From the NCBI GenBank assembly GCA_040954595.2, contig CM082595.2, positions 8,538,317 to 8,602,316 of the forward strand: DNA of 64,000 bases, in the 5' to 3' direction. The DNA comes from Balanoglossus misakiensis (taxonomy: Eukaryota; Animalia; Hemichordata). The position numbers and the translations under genes were made by a program. The notes below the pieces were generated by a model. That model worked only from the letters and a program-made list of their open reading frames with translations, had not been told where the DNA came from and ran no database searches. Below are positions 61,134-64,000 of the stretch, in pieces (the stretch's first letter is position 1; each line of letters begins with the position of its first letter).

Positions 61134-64000
61134 GACTAATATTTCATTAATGCCTGATCATTAAACTGAAGAACGTATCTCTAAAATTGCTCTCTATTTC
61201 TCCCTCAGGGAAAAGAGCAATAGACAAAACTTTGAGTGACAGATCTTCCAGTTGTGTACTTATCATTTGTATTACCCAATCACAGACTTTGTGTTATTGG
61301 TCATTTATCTGTCCAATTTTAATACTCTTGTGTTCAGTGGAGCATTACACCAAAAAAGTCACACTATGACAGTGACAATAAAACACTTGCAAAAACATGG
61401 ATTGCTCAGGTCAGCCTATCTGGTTACAGATTACCTGTGAACCAACTAATCCAGCTATAATGAATGTGTTTCATTATATACAGAGAATTGTAGGTTGTTT
61501 GAGACGTGTTAATATCACACTCTAGCATGGGGCAATGTTCACACGTTTATATTTATCATGTGAAAGCCACAAAGTCACCAGCTCTTGATGTTCATTTTTT
61601 TTGAATAATTTGTTATGATCTGATTGCTGAAAATTGAATTGAAGCTGAACCTACAGCATATGTGTGGACATAACATGTTTATACTTCCATGTAGTAATTT
61701 GTGTTACAGCCAAACAATTAAATAACACCATTATAACAAAATTAACGAAACTCACCCCAGGGCTATCACTAATTTGAAGGGATGCTGATCCAGAGTTAAT
61801 GGTTCATTGGGGAGTCTAACAGTGTTTTGAAATGTCACATTGTAATTTGAAAGTTAGGCTTGGGTAGTGACAATGTTATTACATTGTTGTGTACAAAATT
61901 TGAATGGAGCTCTATGAAAAGAGAAAAGTGGTGTGTGGAAAAAATCAGTCTCTGTGCTAATATCAAGTGCCTTCATTCGACTCTCAAGGAAAGTTTGGTA
62001 AAACAATGAACTTTTTGTGTGTCAGCATTATTGGGAAAGATTAAGCCCACACATGTATTCAATTTAGATAAAAATGGAAAATTACCATCAGCCTTTTTTC
62101 TTAGCACTCTCACCTTTCACCCAATTCCCTGTGTAGACATCCAACTTTCCAGCAGGAAACAATGGATTTGGACCAAACCATTCGTTCACTTGAATATATA
62201 TGTAATATCTGTATGTATGTAACACCTGTATTCTTTGCAGTCATCATTTAATCATTTATGCATGAGAACACCTTTCTAGTAATGATAGAACTTACAGTCT
62301 ATTTGATGATCTCAATTATATGCAAACCACCAGGATGTTTCATTTGACTAATGAACTCAAGGTAATGCGCCACCATAGTGTAGATTGCTGATATAAAAGG
62401 ACACCATGCATATACTTAGTCAGTTCACCTCTGTATCCAGACCGGCCACATGTATGAACTGAAGATGTCTATGTTCAATTTCAGGTTAGTTTTCCTTGTA
62501 CTTTACCTGTAGCTTGAAGCATTTTTATATAGGTGCATTCTACTGGCTCATTTTAGCACAAGTAATTGGTGTCTGAACTTGCGTCAAGTCTTCAATTGTA
62601 CTTCTGTATTTTTCACTTGCATGAATTTTTGTGTATTCTGCTGTAGGTGAACTCCCATACATGTGCGTAATTTAGCAGTTCACCTGTGTAGCCAGACCGG
62701 CCACACATATGAACTGATGATGTCCCTGTTCAATTTCAGTTAAGAAATGTTATAGGCCTATGTCTTGTGAAACCTTTAAACCATGTTGGTGTGTTTTGTG
62801 GTGAACGGCGACACCCGTGACAAGTATGTTAGAATCAAACTATTAGATGCATGTGAAGAAATATAGTCTGTTATAAGGAAGTGACTGGAGTGAAGGAGAC
62901 CTCGTACGACGAAAAGTACTTTAATAGACTCGAAATGCACTCAAATTACAATCGAGATATAATGCATTTATATATGCTTAAAAAGGTAAATTAATGAATG
63001 GTGTCAACAAAATAAACGTTCATGATACATTTAGATCATTTTCTCGTCCAGCTAGGGGGTTCAACGTCAAAAGGAAAGTTCACTATTCAAATGCAAATAA
63101 AGTCATTAAAGAGTCCTAATCTCTTCTATCCAGTGACCATAGTAGCCAAACAATTAAAATCACATGTTTTTAATATCAATATTCACATACATTGCTTTTT
63201 ACTTTTCTTGAATTTCCTAACATTTTTTATTTTAACAAAAACAAGAGCCTTTCATGACCACTTATTGACTTTCGAAAATATTTCATGTAATCAGCCATTC
63301 ATTTTATGTGTGTGTGAAGAATGACCCTCTGAGGCTGTTGAATCATGTATAGTGCTGAAGGGGAGGGGGGACACCATTCCTCAATTTTGTTGATTTTGCA
63401 TAAGATGCTAAGTTGGTATTTTCCACACATTGCTTTTTGTACTGAGAATTACTCAGTTCTTAAGAAGAGCTTTTGACTAACATTTCATTGTATTTACAAG
63501 ACTGCCAGAGTATGTAAATAGTATATGCAGCATTAGGAAGGAATATCTTTGATATTTTTATTCCAACAATTTTCCTATCATGATAAATAAGTAGACAGAT
63601 ATATCATGTTAGGATTTTTGCATACTTAAAATAAATATTCTGATAAAATGAGTGCTTTTGTCTGTCTCTTTGATTTCAGGTGAGGATCAGTATTTGTTGT
63701 TGCTTTTCCTGCACAGATTCCAATCAGAAGGCAATTGTGATTACCAGTATGTTCTGTCTGATTGAAGTTTGAGTTTTCTTAGGACCTGAATATCGCTCTA
63801 ACAAATGGTTTGCTTTCAGATGTGGAGTTAAGCGCTGGTGATAGTTTTGGCTATTCTGTTCTCTTACTTTGGCTGTTCTGTTCTCTGTTTTTGAGTGATT
63901 GGTCGATTTCTCTAAAAAAAATTCAGTATAATTATAAAGCTTCCTATAGGTGATCTTTGTTTTTTTTTCAAATTGTTGCTAAGTTTGCGTATTTGTAATT

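Noticed and set aside
62419-62740. ~65-bp direct repeat pair and a possible minus-strand exon between them
   Set aside because: Only two diverged copies; the frame contains stops and has no recognisable homology

Overview
AT-rich, intron-containing animal DNA, probably from a marine invertebrate (inferred from the repeat types). The backbone is a decayed, unprocessed MED25-like gene on the + strand. Its VWA-domain exons lie at 93-3009, with a tandem-duplicated copy at 5554-17671, and Q-rich 3' exons lie at 56.2-57.8 kb. Where the ACID/PTOV exons would be expected there is instead a ~30 kb block of tandemly re-duplicated calcium-binding EGF exons. Three classes of tyrosine-recombinase (YR) element have inserted here: an Ngaro-type retrotransposon (7633-12549), a Crypton-like DNA element with an intact YR (13927-15835) and a DIRS1-type retrotransposon (25442-31100). 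Each has an empty site in a paralogous duplicate. The most striking signal is the Crypton-like element's end architecture: a ~190-nt terminal hairpin with a GNA loop, plus an internal inverted copy of the end-to-end junction. Two unrelated non-coding elements in the window share this design. The window also holds many MITEs, a nested Kolobok-like element, LINE fragments and a foldback element carrying a captured LTR-retrotransposon fragment. All calls were made by eye without database searches.
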